In this document: piece by piece, positions 1 through 13,230 of the stretch | Layout: the number at the start of each line of letters is the position of its first letter | Numbering within the stretch: position 1 is the first letter of the stretch | Assembly: GCF_024521635.1 (NCBI RefSeq) | Contig: NW_026250413.1 | Span: 992,001-1,056,000, forward strand | Reading direction: 5' to 3' | Length of the DNA stretch: 64,000 bases | From: Tricharina praecox | Lineage: Eukaryota | Notes under the pieces: generated by a model | Databases searched by the model: none | Told to the model about the DNA's origin: nothing | The model's input: the letters and a program-made list of their open reading frames with translations, nothing else | Program-made: the position numbers and the translations under genes

Positions 1-3000
1 TCCTCACATCATACTTCACTAGCAACCTCTTCATCCCGCATACCGTGTTATTCCTACGTCCCCTCCTCGGAGTAGTTTATCAATCGGCATCGGCGTGATG
101 GACTTTGCTGCATCTTTGGTGGATGGATGGGCATTGAGTCGGCGGTGGTGCTGGGAAATCTCGTTCCAGTGGGATTTCTCCAGCTGTTGTCGAGTAGGTG
201 TTGTCGCTAGTTATCGCCGTTTCTCTCGCCTCTCGAGGGCCGTAATAGCTACCTACGGTAGGTATGTAGTATTTGGCGGGACTCGGGCGACAAAGTGCTT
301 CCAGTTGTAGGATTGCAGGGCCGACTGGAGCGGCCATAGTAGATGAAGGTGCATATATGTACAAAAGCTGTAGATGAAGCTGATGGGGACCGAGATCATG
401 CATCTGTATGCATGCGGTGAGCAGTAACCACGAAAGTATGATTCATTGATAGATACATGACCGACGGACCGACCGTGACCACTCACGTTTCAACGGGGAG
501 GGGTAGGGGACCTCCCAGACTCAGACTCAGACTCAGACTCGGGTCTCAAAGCCCGCGCCATCGTATGTATTGTACATGCCATGTACATGCCAGAACCGAT
601 TCTACGGATCCTCCCATGTACCTACCGGCCGATGACTCAGTAAGAGGCCTGGAGCCTGGAAGCCTAGAGCCTGGAACCTGGAACCTGGAGCCTGGAGACG
701 CGATGTCAGCTGTTTGCTGTCTTGCTGTCTTGCTGTTTTGCTGTGTGCTTCAGCCACATGCACGTTCGGCACTTCGGATTGCTATGCGGCCGGGGTTCGA
801 CAGATCCGCAATGCGAAGAAAGGCGCGCCATCTGCCGAACGCGCTAGTCTCATGGCATGCGCAGGTGCTGTGTTTCGCGGTTCAGCCCGATGGCGGTATC
901 GCGAGGCATCCTCAGCAGTTGGATGGGTAGTTGGGTATGTATCAGAAGCTTTGAAGCTTGGTGCTGAAGCTGACATGGCCTGGAACTCAATGGCGATCTA
1001 AGCGGTAATCTGGGCACTTGGCCACAAGTACTAGTAGATGCGCACGAGATGCGCACGGGAATAAGAGCTTCCATTGCATCCGCTGTCAATGACTTCCGCT
1101 GTCAACGACTTCGAGAAAGAGCCCCATTCACGAGCTTAAGTTAGGTACCACAGCCGGTCCGGGGAGCGACATTGAGTATCGATGGAGCTCCCCACTTCCC
1201 ATTCAATTCATCCCCCGGCCACCACCACCATCACGTCACCGCATCCATCTCCCATCTCCATCTCCATCTCCATCTCCCCATCACCGGCGAAGTCTAAAAA
1301 CACCCTCCAATTGCAATCGCAACTTCCGAGTCCCGGGTCCCGACTCTTAAGTCTCCGCACCGGACATGTAGCCCATCTAGGCTCTCGCTGATACCGGTAC
1401 ATATCCTCCTTTTAGCTTTTCTGCAGCCTGCAGGTCCCATGATCCATCGCATCCCATGATGCATCCCATCCCATCCCATCCCGAAGCCTGCGAGTGTGCA
1501 TGTCCACACTGCTAGTAGATAACCAGCTACCGCCAGCCTCAATGTGTTCATATCCAGTAAGCCACCAGCACCACCACCGCCATCCTCCATCATGGGTACG
1601 CAATTCCTCGCTCATCAGTCTTTCCGACCGAGCGACCATTGAACATCCCCACCCATCCCCATCCATCCAGCAGCTTCTACCCACGCCCTAGTGGGCGCAG
1701 CAAACGCCCACATTCCCCAACCCAGCCAACACAACCACGGACTGGGACTGGGACTGGGATGAACCGACCGGGTGCGAGTCCGTCCATCTAGCGTCCATCA
1801 AATCCGTCCAATCCATCCAGTCCATCCAATCCGCCGAAACAGAGACACAGAGACAGACAGAGACAAGCAAGCCATCCATCCAGCTGCAGGTCCGAAACGA
1901 TAGCAACGCGGGGCTTTCGGGAGTTTTGGATTTCCTTGCTTTTCGTTGATTTTGCTTTTTGCTTTTTGTGTGTTTGCTTTTCCGGGTCACTCTCCATCTG
2001 CGTAGAGTAGAGTACATGCCTATCTTCGAGGCGGCCAGTGGGCTGGCTGGCTGGCTGGATGGCAATGGATGGATGGGAAGATGGGGCGAGCGGGCGGGCA
2101 TTCCTGCGCTGCTGCTGCTGCGCATGCACACAATTGCAGCCACGTCTCCCGCCCGGTGATAGGTAGGATGATAGGTAGGATGGAAGATAGGTGCAGAGAA
2201 GCGGCGAGAAAGAAAGATAGAAAGATAGAAAGAAGGGAAGGTCGTCATGCCATTGAGCGACAAATGCCTCTGTTGCTGCCAGGCTCATCCATCCACTGCC
2301 AGGTCCATCCATCCACTCCCAATGGCAAATCCCAATCGCCCGCCGGCCGTAACTATAGCGTACGGTACCTAGTATACCCGTAACCACTATCGTATATCCT
2401 CACTCTCCCACCAATTCATATCTGCCCCCAGGGCCCACCTCAATGGCCCACCATGCCCACGCACCGTCTCGTCCGCGTTTCACACGTCAGCCAACCCCCT
2501 CCCCCTCCCCCCCGCAGCCACCACCACTACTACCACCACCACGGGCCTGTCTTGGCAGGGGGCACAGCTCTAGGTTTAGTTCGATCCCCACTTCCCTCGT
2601 GTTCGCGTCCGGGGCGGCGTGCGGGGCCTGGGCTGACCATTCTTCCGTCGCACAAGATGGTGAGAAGAGAGAGAAGATGCTTTTTCTTCGCTGGTGAAGT
2701 GTAGGAGTGGGTGTGGGAGTGGGTGTGGGAAGTGAGGGGAATGGGGCGGGTGACTGACAAGTGACATCCCATCGCGCGCGGCTAACTGGTCACTTCCCTT
2801 CACTTCCCTTCCCTTCCTTCCTCTCCACCCAACAGGTTGGATTGGATTGGATTGTTCTCGCCCAGCCAGCTCCAACCGCTAGTTAGCTAGAGTACGCTGG
2901 TTATCTGTCTCTGCCTCTGTCTCTGCGCGGAACGAGGAACGAGGGAGGGGGCGACGGGGGGCGAGAGGGGAGTGGGAGGGGGAGGCACAAATAAGTAACC

Positions 3001-3298
3001 GGGCGAAGTGGGGGAATTGAGCTGGAGTCTACTCGTTCTGGAGTCTAGAGTACCAACATCTACATCATATGTATCATATCTACCTGAGTCCACCTAACTC
3101 GAGCTCGAGCGGGGTGGAGAGACACCGCTAGGTACTTCTAGATACTAGGTAGCAGCCTTGCTTCGCTCGTCAGTGGTGATCGTGATTGTGATTGGTCGGG
3201 TCACAAGTCGTCACAAGTCGTAAGCTCCTACGCCGCATCCGCCGCCGCCGCCGCCAACACAGGACACGGACAGGGCAGAGGGATTTCGCGAGCGAGCG

Positions 3299-3429
3299 AT
3301 TGAGTTGTTTGAGTTGTTTGAGTTGTTTGAGTTGTTTGAGTTCCTATGTATGCAACTACGAGTAGATTGCTGAGAGCGATTGAATCGAATTGAGTTGTTT
3401 GAGTTGTTTGAGTTGTTTGAGTTGAGTTA
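3299..3429. repeat. Two short arrays of the 9-mer TGAGTTGTT within a local duplication
   Basis: (TGAGTTGTT)n at ~3300-3343 and ~3390-3429. GAGTAGATTGCTG follows each array (3360, 3453). Confidence 0.85.
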
Positions 3430-4929
3430 CCATGTGAGTATGCACGGTATGTAGAGTAGATTGCTGCGAGAGGGGAAACAATCAATCGATCACCCGTGGG
3501 CCGTCGTGGATGAGTGAGTGAGGAGTCGCACGACCCGGTAGAGCGGAGTATCGCCCACCTCCCCTCCCTCCCCTCATGGGTACCGTATCCCCGCCCCGCG
3601 CAGTCGGACAAGCACAAGGTCCGAGGATTACCTATCACCCCTCCGACCCCTCCGACCCCTCCGACCCCTCCTCACCAATTTCTCGGTGCTGCTCGGTGCT
3701 CGCGATGCTGCTGCTCACGATCGGTGTGCGATATTTCAAATCGATAGATTATCTGACTGCTGCTGCGCCGCGACAGCGGTAAGGTTTGGATATAGTATAT
3801 TAATCATAATCATCCCCCCTCCTTCTCTCTCTCCGATCTCAAAATACGGTACGGAGTGAGGTGGGTGAGGTGAGTAAGAGTACCCTCCAGGCTCCACTCG
3901 ACTTGACTCTATATTCAGAGCATAGATAGCATAGGCAGCATGGTAGCATACCCAGCATGGTACGTAGAGGGGAAAGTTATATCCGTAACGAGACGAGGCG
4001 AATAGTATACCGGGACTCAGGTAAGCAGTGTCGTCATCACACATAGAGTACCTAGAGTGCATCAATCAGCAGCGGTGGAAGCAGCAGCAGCGGTGAAAGC
4101 ATCACTCGTAGGCATCTCTCTCCCTCTCTCTGTCGGTTTCTCTCCACTTTATTCCACTGCATGTTTCCGAAAAGCACAGACAAACAATGCGCTGGCGCTG
4201 GCGTTTCGATATCACAAGCAATTGAAATCAATCGCGCAGGAAACGCAGGCAGGCAGGTAATCAATCGCGCGCGCCCAACTCAATTCCAATCGCACAGTGC
4301 TCAATCGCTCAGTTCCAATCGCTCAGCGCTGTGCTCAGCGCTCAATCGACATTCCCTAACCATACTGCTGCTAGTGGGATGGTGGGATGGTTACTCTACT
4401 CTGCACCCAGCCTGCTCCAATGCTCCTTCAATCCGTGACGTTTACTCTAATCGCAGGGACTCCAGCATCACACTCCCGGAGTCCGGAATCAATTGCGCGC
4501 GTGGGTCGCACTTGTCGCACTCATCGCACTCGTGAGCCGTGACGTACGCATAGGCAGCCCAGCTGCAGCTCGGGAGGGGTAGTCTAATCTAGTCAGGGAG
4601 CTGGTGCTTGTGGTGCTGCTGCTGGAGCTGGTGGTTGAAGAGTCCAGACTCCAGAACTCTCCCAGCGCTAACTACTAGCCATCCGCCGCTGGATTAAAAA
4701 CCGCTCCCCTCTGGGCTCGCCAGTAGAATTGTTAGAGGTGCGTGACGTAGTGTGTGTATGTAGGGTGGGTGAGCATCCCGGGACGAGAATTGAGAGGCGA
4801 GAAAGAAGGGTCGAGATGCGCCGACCATCCATCCACGTTTTCTTTTTCCTTCTGCTTCTTCTTCCTTCCCTGGGAATCTTTCCGGCAAGTCGAATGTGCG
4901 CGGCGCTGGTATGTGCTTTTATGCCGGAC

Positions 4930-5016
4930 AGAGCAGAGGGTTTCAAGCTGAGGGTTTCTAGCAGAGCAGAGGGTTCCAAGCAGAGCAGACCAGAGGGTTC
5001 CAAGCAGAGAGCAGAT
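4930..5016. repeat. Degenerate tandem repeat AGAGCAGAGGGTT(T/C)C
   Basis: Four GAGGGTTYC cores spaced by CAGAG units. Confidence 0.7.
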
Positions 5017-5445
5017 GAGAGGGTATGTGGAGGAGAGACCAGAGCGAAAATGTGACCGCCTTACCCTCTTCACTTCCTCTTCGCTTCGAGCTCGCCGCGC
5101 CGCCCCGCCTTGCGCCGCCCCGCCTTGCGCCGCCCCAAGTCCCCCAAGTTCCAAGTCCCGCCCCGCCTCAAGTCCCAAGTCCTTACTCTAGTGGTCCCAC
5201 GCTATGCCTCGTGGCCCATGGCAGATGGATGATGGCAGTGGGTGCATCCGGCCGGAGCCTCACCACTTCACCACCTCACCACCAGTCAACGACCACGGGT
5301 CCACCAGACGGCCCTGCAGCAGTGAGTGCAGCAGTGAGTGCAGCCCCAGATCGTACATGCACAAAAGTAAGCAAGTAAAGATGTGGTTCAGGAAGTGGTT
5401 ATGTGGCTATGCACAGCCCCACGATTCGCGTCACGAACTTGCCGC

Positions 5446-5783
5446 CTCAATGTGTGCTCAATGCTCAATGCTCAATGCTCAATTACCTATCAAGGCTCAA
5501 GGCTCAAGGCCCAAGGCTCAATGTACCCCACCAGCAGCACCAGCAGCACCACTACCACGGCCTGACAGCAGTACAGCCCCAGATCGTACATAGTAAGGTT
5601 ATGCACAGCCCCACAAACTCCCTAACATGTGCTCAATGCTCAATTCTCAATGCTCAATTCTCAATTCTCACTGCTCAATTCTCACAGCTCGATTCTCAAT
5701 GCTCAATTCTCAATGCTCAATGCTCAATTCTCAATTCTCACTGCTCAATTCTCACAGCTCGATTCTCAATGCTCAATGCTCAA
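5446..5783. repeat. Heptamer minisatellite CTCAAT(G/T)
   Basis: Dozens of CTCAATG/CTCAATT/CTCAAGG units, with a near-perfect ~50-bp internal duplication (~5655 and ~5725). Confidence 0.9.
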
Positions 5784-7263
5784 GTAAAGCACCCAACCGC
5801 GCATCCGCGCACACCGCACACAGTCTTCAACCACAAAAGTAGGTGCGCCTCAACAGGTCAATTCGTAATCCTTCCGCCACCACCGCCACCTCCCACCGCC
5901 CACCTCCCACCACCGCCACCCGCGCATCCAGGGCTCGGTCCGAACCCAAATCACCGCATACTCTACCTTCCTCTAGGTACTTCACGCTCAATTCAAGGTT
6001 CCCGGCACCCAGCCAACCAGCCAGCAATTCAGGCACAAAGGGGTCGCGGGGGAAATAAAGACGTCCTGAGACGTCTCGCATATTCCAGGCACCTCCAGGC
6101 ACCCACCAGGCACGCTCCAGGAATCCTCCCGACATAGGTACAGTACATCAAATACCTACATCAAGATTCAAGATTAGCGGGGTCGTCGGATTTTTAATTC
6201 TTAAAACTCAAAGCTTCCATGTAGACTACCTACTTCCTACCCACATTTTTAACGAAGTACTTGGGTGCATAGGGACTCCACTCCACTCTTCCGGCTCCCC
6301 TCCCCCGCCATTTCACAATCACAATCACAATCACGAGCGATGCATGGAACAAAGCGTATGGTATGGTATGGTATTGTACCCGAATCCCCCCGCCCAAAAT
6401 CCCCCCTCCAAAATCCCCAATCTTCCTTCCCATCCCCCATCCCTTCCCATCCTCCCAAATTCCACCGTCCAGCTCCCCCGTCCACCGTCCAATGCCAATC
6501 TGCCCCTCCATCTCATATCCCATCCTAGAAAGAAAAGAAGAAGACAAAGAAAAAACGCCGATATAAACCCCCCCGATCCCCCCATCCCCATACAAAAAGT
6601 CCGGCGCATAAACAAAAATCTTCTGGCGCTGCGCAATGCAAAAAGGTAAGTAAGTAAAATATAAACAAAAGAGACCAGACCAGACCCAGAAACACCTCTC
6701 CCATGTGCCAGCGCGACAAAAAAAACCAACAAATACATGGTGTGATGAAGAGACAATAAAGAAGAAAAAAAAGACATGATAGTGATGCGCCGACCGACCC
6801 CCCTCCCATACCCCCCTTCCCATACCGATACCAGGTAATAGTGCTGCTCGTAGATGAAAGAAAAAAAAGGAAATTGTAGGAAAATACAAAAACTCCGACC
6901 GACCCGAAACCACAAAGACAAAGGGAGTTATACATGACCTCGTCCCTTGTTGTGCGAAAAAAAGAAAACCCCAACCCGGAAAGAAATACAAGTCAACACC
7001 AAACAAAAAACAAAAAACCCCAGTTCCGTGTGTACTGTAGCTGTAACTCATGCAAATCGTCCAGATCGTGGAAAAATAAAATAAGGGGAAATAAGTATGT
7101 AGAAAAAGGGGGGGAAAAGATGAAACCGAGCGAGGAACCCAAGAAATGATGCGTGTCTATGAAGGGTGGTAGGGAGGGGGGAGGGGGGAGGGGGAGGGGA
7201 GTCGTGATAGTTGGGCGGCCGGCGCGACAACGATGAAAGCCAAAAAACAAGCAATCAAGTCCT

Positions 7264-8469
7264 CTATGGCTCGATGGTAATCTCCTTGTCCATGTGCGGT
7301 TCGATCCATCTGCGCTCGAACCAGCCAACCTTGTCGAAAGCCGTCCACAGCTTCGATGCCTTGTTGACGTCAATCTTGCACGCCTTCTGCGAATCCGTCT
7401 TCCTGAACTCCTTCCCGATCTGTGTCCGTCGAACCTTCTCGATGAAGATCCTCCGCTTCGAGCTAAGGTAGATGGCTGGGGTGAGGCGCAGTGTGGACGC
7501 CAGCTTGGCTTCAGCCGGGTGGAGCTTCTCAAAGTGAGGCTCGTGCTCGATCGACAGAGGGTTGCCTCGCCAGTCCATCTGAAGCGAGCGATTGTGCGGT
7601 GGCAAGCTCTCGAGCGGCGGCGTCAGGTCGGGCAGGGCTTCAAAGTTGCTGTCTTCCCGAGTAGGTGCTGTGAGCCGCTGGCGGGTGGGCGCAGGGGTGC
7701 CATCGGCAGAGGAGCGCGGTGGAGTGTAGAGTTGGCGCTCAAAGCCATCAAGAGCGGCAAGCTTCGGTGTAGCTTTAGGGGCTCTCGCAGGGCGTTGGAT
7801 CTGTCGCTGAGGTGTTCCAGCGGGATTCGGTCGTGGCCGCGGCACGCTCATAGCTTTCCTGATGGGCGACATCGTCTTCATCGACGACGACTTGTGCACT
7901 CCAGCGCCGGTGCGATACATCGACATGTTTCGCTGCTCCTGTCGCAGCCATTCTCTCGGGTTGCTCTGGCACAGCCTCCACGCCGACGAGACGAACAATC
8001 CGTACTCCTCCGCAGATGGCCGCACGCTGGGCGCCTCCTGTGATCTCTTGGTGACCGCCTTGTGGATGAGAGGCTCGTCCTTCTCGGCGACGTTGAACAG
8101 TGGTGTCTCGAGCGAGATCGAAGCGCCATCCTCCGGCAACAACGGCTCGTCGGCCATAAGGATATCTCCGTCCGACGAGTGCATGTGTGGCGACGATCGC
8201 CGCAGCGAAACGTGCGACGTCTCAGGTGACTCGGGCGGTGAGAGCAAGCTCATGGGAGCTGGGTTGGTAGCGGCGGCGATCGACATCTTGTCTTGCAACC
8301 GATGGTGAATATGGGTAAGCGGGAACGGTTCCACCGAAAGACTGCGACTGCCAGTGGACGGAGAGGGTGAGATAAATCGGTCGTGTGTTCGTCGAAGCTC
8401 TGGGGGCGAAGCTAGGGAGTAATGTGAGGGAGCAGGGCTCTTGAGGTAGTTCTGAGGAGAGCGATCCAT
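7264..8469 (-). CDS. SWIRM-domain protein (Fun19/YOR338W-like), single exon, ~401 aa
   Basis: First ATG of the long ORF is at 8469 (MDRSPQ...). The C-terminal motif LPDLTPP..MDWRGNPL..LHPAEAKLASTLRL..YLSSKRRIF..FRKTDSQKACKIDVNKASKLWTAFDKVGWF is the fungal SWIRM domain of the Fun19 family. Confidence 0.9.
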   Translation of the reverse strand: MDRSPQNYLKSPAPSHYSLASPPELRRTHDRFISPSPSTGSRSLSVEPFPLTHIHHRLQDKMSIAAATNPAPMSLLSPPESPETSHVSLRRSSPHMHSSDGDILMADEPLLPEDGASISLETPLFNVAEKDEPLIHKAVTKRSQEAPSVRPSAEEYGLFVSSAWRLCQSNPREWLRQEQRNMSMYRTGAGVHKSSSMKTMSPIRKAMSVPRPRPNPAGTPQRQIQRPARAPKATPKLAALDGFERQLYTPPRSSADGTPAPTRQRLTAPTREDSNFEALPDLTPPLESLPPHNRSLQMDWRGNPLSIEHEPHFEKLHPAEAKLASTLRLTPAIYLSSKRRIFIEKVRRTQIGKEFRKTDSQKACKIDVNKASKLWTAFDKVGWFERRWIEPHMDKEITIEP

Positions 8470-11400
8470 AGCTTTAAGGCCTGGGGGGAGGGGAGGTTGG
8501 AAAGGGGTGTGGTTGCTAGAAGGGTTGGGATGGAGCTGTAGCCTGGAGCTGTAGCTCAGGGTATGTAGATTGAATGTGCGTCGAGTCGGGATCGATAGAT
8601 GCCAGAACAATCTCCAAGTCCGTCGGAATTCAAAGACAGCTATGGGGCATCAATGAGAGATAGCTGCCACTGGCAGCAGACAACACCGAGAGCCTTGTGA
8701 AGGCTATTGAACAAGGCGACAACTTAAAAGGAGCCGAGGGATTGAAAGGCGACACGGCGAATAGCTATAGAAGCCTGTTTTCAAAACTTGTTGCTGAGTC
8801 GAGAGAATTGCGGAAGGTTGACAGGCGAGCTGTGAATTGGGAGGGAGAGGTAAGTAAGTGTAGATAATCGGTGAGGTCGAAGCTATGGGGGGGAAGTCAA
8901 ATCAAGCGAAGAGGGATGAGGCAGAGGGGAACGGGCGTGTTAAGTACTCCGACAACCAGGCGCGCGAAGAAGGTCGCATGAGGCACAGGACCAAGGACAA
9001 GGACAAAGGGGGGTGTGTGAAGAGGGGGGGGGGGGGGTGTCATAGTGGTCATGGAGTGTGTATGGCGGTGGAGGCGGGATGGATGGCTGTGGGACCCAGA
9101 ATAGCTCAGGCTGGCAGGATGGCTCACTCACTCACTGCTCAATCACCGACTCCCAAACTCGGCTGCTTCGCTCCCTTCGCTCCTTCGCTCCCTGGCTCTC
9201 GCTGGGGCCCCAACTCACAAACGGATCCCCGTGTTCATCCTCCGTTATTTTTCACGTCGCACCGTCGCAGTTCGCAGCAGTTGCACTCCCTGTTTGGCGC
9301 TGTCGATGTCTCTCTCTCGCTGTCCGGTCCAGCTCACCGAATCGAAGAAACGTTTGTGCGTGCGTGTATGGTGTGCGTGCGTGTTTCGCTCCGTTGTCGC
9401 TGTCTGTCGCTGTCGCCCTCTTTTCTTTCTTTGAAGTGCCCGCCCCCCCCCCCCCCCCCCTTCCCCCCCCCCCCTTCCCCCTCCCTCTGCCCATTCTGTG
9501 TGAGCGCTGCCCAGACGAGCGAGTCGCTTGATCGCGCAGTCGGTGAAAGAACGATCTCTTGTTCCCTAATCCACCCGCTCTAATCAGTGGTTCCACCGCT
9601 ACCACCGCCGCAACCACCGCTACCACCACCCCCCCACCACCACCACCACTATCGTCATCATCAGCTCTCTGCGAGCACCCTCCGTCCGATCACCACATCT
9701 AGGCCCCAGTCTCAGCGCACGCATAGTGTGCGGCGAGCGGGGTGAATGTCTTTGATCTGACGCCCGACAATTGCTTCCCAGCTCGGTCCAGTTCCAGTTC
9801 GTGCGGTGGTGGTGGTGGTTGTGGTTGCGATGGTGGTGGTCGTGGCGAGCATGTTTGGTAGGTATCGGGAAGTCGAGGATCGTATCGTTAGAGTAGTTTT
9901 GCCGAAGAGCGAGAATCACCTAGGCGTAGGGTGTGAGTGTGCACATCGTGCGTGGTGTGGGTGCGTGGTGTGTGTGTGAGGCGGCGGCGTGTGACCGAGA
10001 TTGTGACCGGATCCTCGAGATGTGGATGCGGAGCAAGGTACACACACCATATGACTGGATGAAGGAACGAGGTGACTGACTTGGTGGACCTGGCTCTGCT
10101 GCGTTGATGGAAGGGAGGAAGAGTTACGGGGGTGGGACAGGCTGCCAAGAGAATGTGTGAGTGCGAATGGAAATCGATCCAACCTACCCAGTTATCGAGC
10201 TAAGGCTCGCTGCTCCAGACACAGAGCGATCTCCACGAAGGACACGAAAAGCGAGAGGAAACAAAGCGAACGACCACCAGAAGCACAACGTGGACCATCG
10301 GGCCCAGCTGGAAGAAGAAGCAGAGGATGAAGAAGCGCATTGGCATTGGGAATTGCCATTGTGGCTAGAGTAGATCTCCGCTGCACTGCCACATCGCATC
10401 ATTCGTTGGTTCTCACTCGTATTGTACAACGAGGTAAGTCGAGTACCCAGGGTAAGTACCCACCTATAGAGTAGTATGGCCAGTAACTACATGGTTACTC
10501 TGCCAGGTAAAACTGGCCGGTCGAGATTCGAGGGCTGCGGGGGCTGGCTGCGAATTGGATCCGTGCAGCCAGCCAAAACAGACGGGATGGAGGATCTGGG
10601 ATTCTGGGCGGCGACTCCAGGCAAGGCAGCCAGGCTGTGCCAGCAAATGCCATGATTGATTGATCCTCCAACAGCGAGTGAGTGAGTGTCACCGTACTCT
10701 ACCGACCAGCTGGCCAGTACCTAGGGTAGAACAGGTACGATGGTACCTTTGGCATAGTAGAGTAGAGCCAAACGAATTCCGCCCCCCTCCCCCCCAGAAA
10801 AGAACACACTGTCGTCTACCCCGAGCAGCTTTCCCCATAAATCATTCGCCCACTACTAACGCTGCAATGACAGCTCTCCGGGCCCCAACGGGTGCCACGG
10901 GCAGACCAGCAGACGGACAAGCATGACGAGAACGTTTGTCACCGATGAACGAACGGACGGCCAGCCCACCAGCCATCCAGCCATCCAGCCATCCAGCCAT
11001 CCATCCAGCCAGCCAGCCAGCCAGCCAGCCAGTGAGCCACCCAGCCAGCAAGCGTGTTTGCGGCGATTAGGTCTACATGGTTACCTCCGAATCCGAATTG
11101 CCTTCTCACATCCCTCCCCCATGTCGTGCCAATGTAGAGTGGGTACTCTAGAAGCTTCTTGGGCTTACGCACGTTACCCAGAGTGCCGTACGTGTGGAGG
11201 ATGCGAGCATGGGGAATGCGAAGGATGCGGAGGATGTGTGGGCATGTGGATATGTGGATGCTGTGTGTGGTTCTGCTCAATCGTATGGTCCTCGAGCCAC
11301 TCTATTACCGTGCACTACCCATACCATAGGTAGAGTACAGTAGGTACCGTGGCAATCCCATCCAGCCAGCCAGCCAGCCATCCAACCAGCCAGCTCGTGA

Positions 11401-12328
11401 ATCACAATCGATCGTATATGTATGATCCGTGTACCTGTCCCGCACGGTGCCCGCAGGCCGCTGCCGCTGCGATCTCAATTGACACATTTGCGTGCAGTGA
11501 CTCTGCCTTGTGCTGGTCGACCAGTTGAACTGCAGTGGTGGGCCACTCTAGTTTCCGCTCAGGGATGCGAATGGTTAGTTATGGCTGGCATTGGACTGCC
11601 AATTCGAAGGAACGACGACGTTGCACTGTTGCACTGTTGCAGCTTGACAGCGCAACAAGCTACAGGCAACAAGCAACGAGCACAGGTGCAAGCAGAATCT
11701 AGATGTTCCAGGTACGCCCCCTCCCCCCACCGACCCCACCGACCTCCGGTTACAGTTACAGCTGTAGCTGTGACCGCGGTGTTGGTGTTGGTGTTGTCCA
11801 GTTCTCGTTTCCCTCTCCCCCACGACCCATCCTGGTCGTTGGAGAGGAGGACGAGGCGAATGAGGCTCAGGCGATGACTGACCCACCCTTACAGATAGTC
11901 CGATTCACCGATTCGCCGAATGCATGAATGCGAATGCATCCACTGCATCCAATGCATCACCACCACCGTCATCACCACCGCCACGACTACGGTAGCCAAT
12001 CAGCTCGCTCCCCGTTGATGTTTGACATTTTTCACTCTCTTCGCTGTTCCCGCTATCATCTATGTAGGCATGTAGGAGGGTGCGGTTAAATACTGTGGAT
12101 TCTGCCTGGCCGGAGAGGAGGACGAGAGAAGGGGGGGATAAAAAAGAAAAAGAAAAACGCAGCTCGGGGCCTGGCCTGGCCAGTTTCCAGGCAGAAGCGA
12201 AACGCAGAAAACGCAGAAACGTAAAACGCAGAAACGCATGGCGCAAAACATACGCGATGCGATGCGACGTGCGCAACACGCAGGGGAAGGAAGGAAGGAA
12301 GGACGCATGATGTCGTCGGTGTCGCGCG

Positions 12329-12490
12329 TACTATTAGGATCTATAGAAAAGTACATAGGGTATAGAATGGCGATAGAAGAAGCTGCCACGGTATGGAATG
12401 GAATAGAATGGTATCTTTTCTATCGTTTCTATTTGCTTTTTCTATTTGTTCTTCTATTTTCTTTCTTCTTTCGTTCGAATTCTACTAGTA
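12329..12490. mobile_element. Putative foldback/MITE-like element (~160 bp)
   Basis: Ends TACTATTAGGA / TTCTACTAGTA form an imperfect 11-bp inverted repeat with TA at both termini. The left arm carries ATAGAA x4 and the right arm TTCTAT x4. It is AT-rich relative to the flanks. Confidence 0.5.
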
Positions 12491-13140
12491 ATCGTCTCGT
12501 GTTGGGGATGTCGAATGTCGAATGTCGCATGGCGAATGACAAATGACAAATGTCGCAATGTCGGATTGAGGATTCCTCATCAGCATCATCCCCCTTCCTC
12601 CCCTAAGTCCTCCTCGAGAAGAGAAAAAAGTTCCAATGGCTTCTCAGCCCCTTGCTCGCAGCGCAGGTCGATGTTGCTCATAGACACCGTGCGTATGTGC
12701 TGTAGATGTAGGAGTCCCTGCAGGAAATCCGCATCCACGCAGTCCAGTTCAGCTTCTGTGCAGTTTCTGTGCAGTGTGCACGACGCTTAAGACTCATCAT
12801 ATCACCACTGCTACTACGGAAGTGGGAAGTGGTATGCACATAGAGTAACTAATCCCCGCCCCGCCCCCGCCCCCGCCCCACGGGCACGAGCACAGCACAG
12901 GTCTGAGGTCACAGCGAACTTCGAAGGGGAATGGAAGGATAACTGCATACGTAGTGGATGTACTCATACATGCATATTTGCCTAAGTCACCCAGTACCTA
13001 CGCATGAAGCTTAAGAATGTGCGCCGCGCCGGGCTGTGGATACATGATACATCACAACTACGACGCGAACCGAACTCAATTCCTCAAAGAAGCGGATGGA
13101 ACCGTGGGACGCCGCTGACGATTGTGCTGACGAGCTGGTG

Positions 13141-13230
13141 GTAGCTGTGGTAGTGGTAGCTGTGGTAGTGGTAGCTGTGGTAGTGGTAGCTGTGGTAGTG
13201 GTAGCTGTGGTAGTGGTAGCTGTGGTAGTG
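13141..13230. repeat. 15-bp tandem repeat GTAGCTGTGGTAGTG x6
   Basis: Six perfect copies. Confidence 0.95.

Noticed and set aside
80-403. 107-aa minus-strand ORF at the window start
   Set aside because: No recognisable domain or convincing splice pattern.
5403-6137. 244-aa ORF with AQCSILN repeats
   Set aside because: Translation of the heptamer minisatellite; no domain and no proper start.
8470-8610. 47-codon N-terminal extension of the SWIRM ORF from a TTG start
   Set aside because: The ORF caller used a bacterial-style alternative start. The first ATG is at 8469 and nothing else supports non-AUG initiation.
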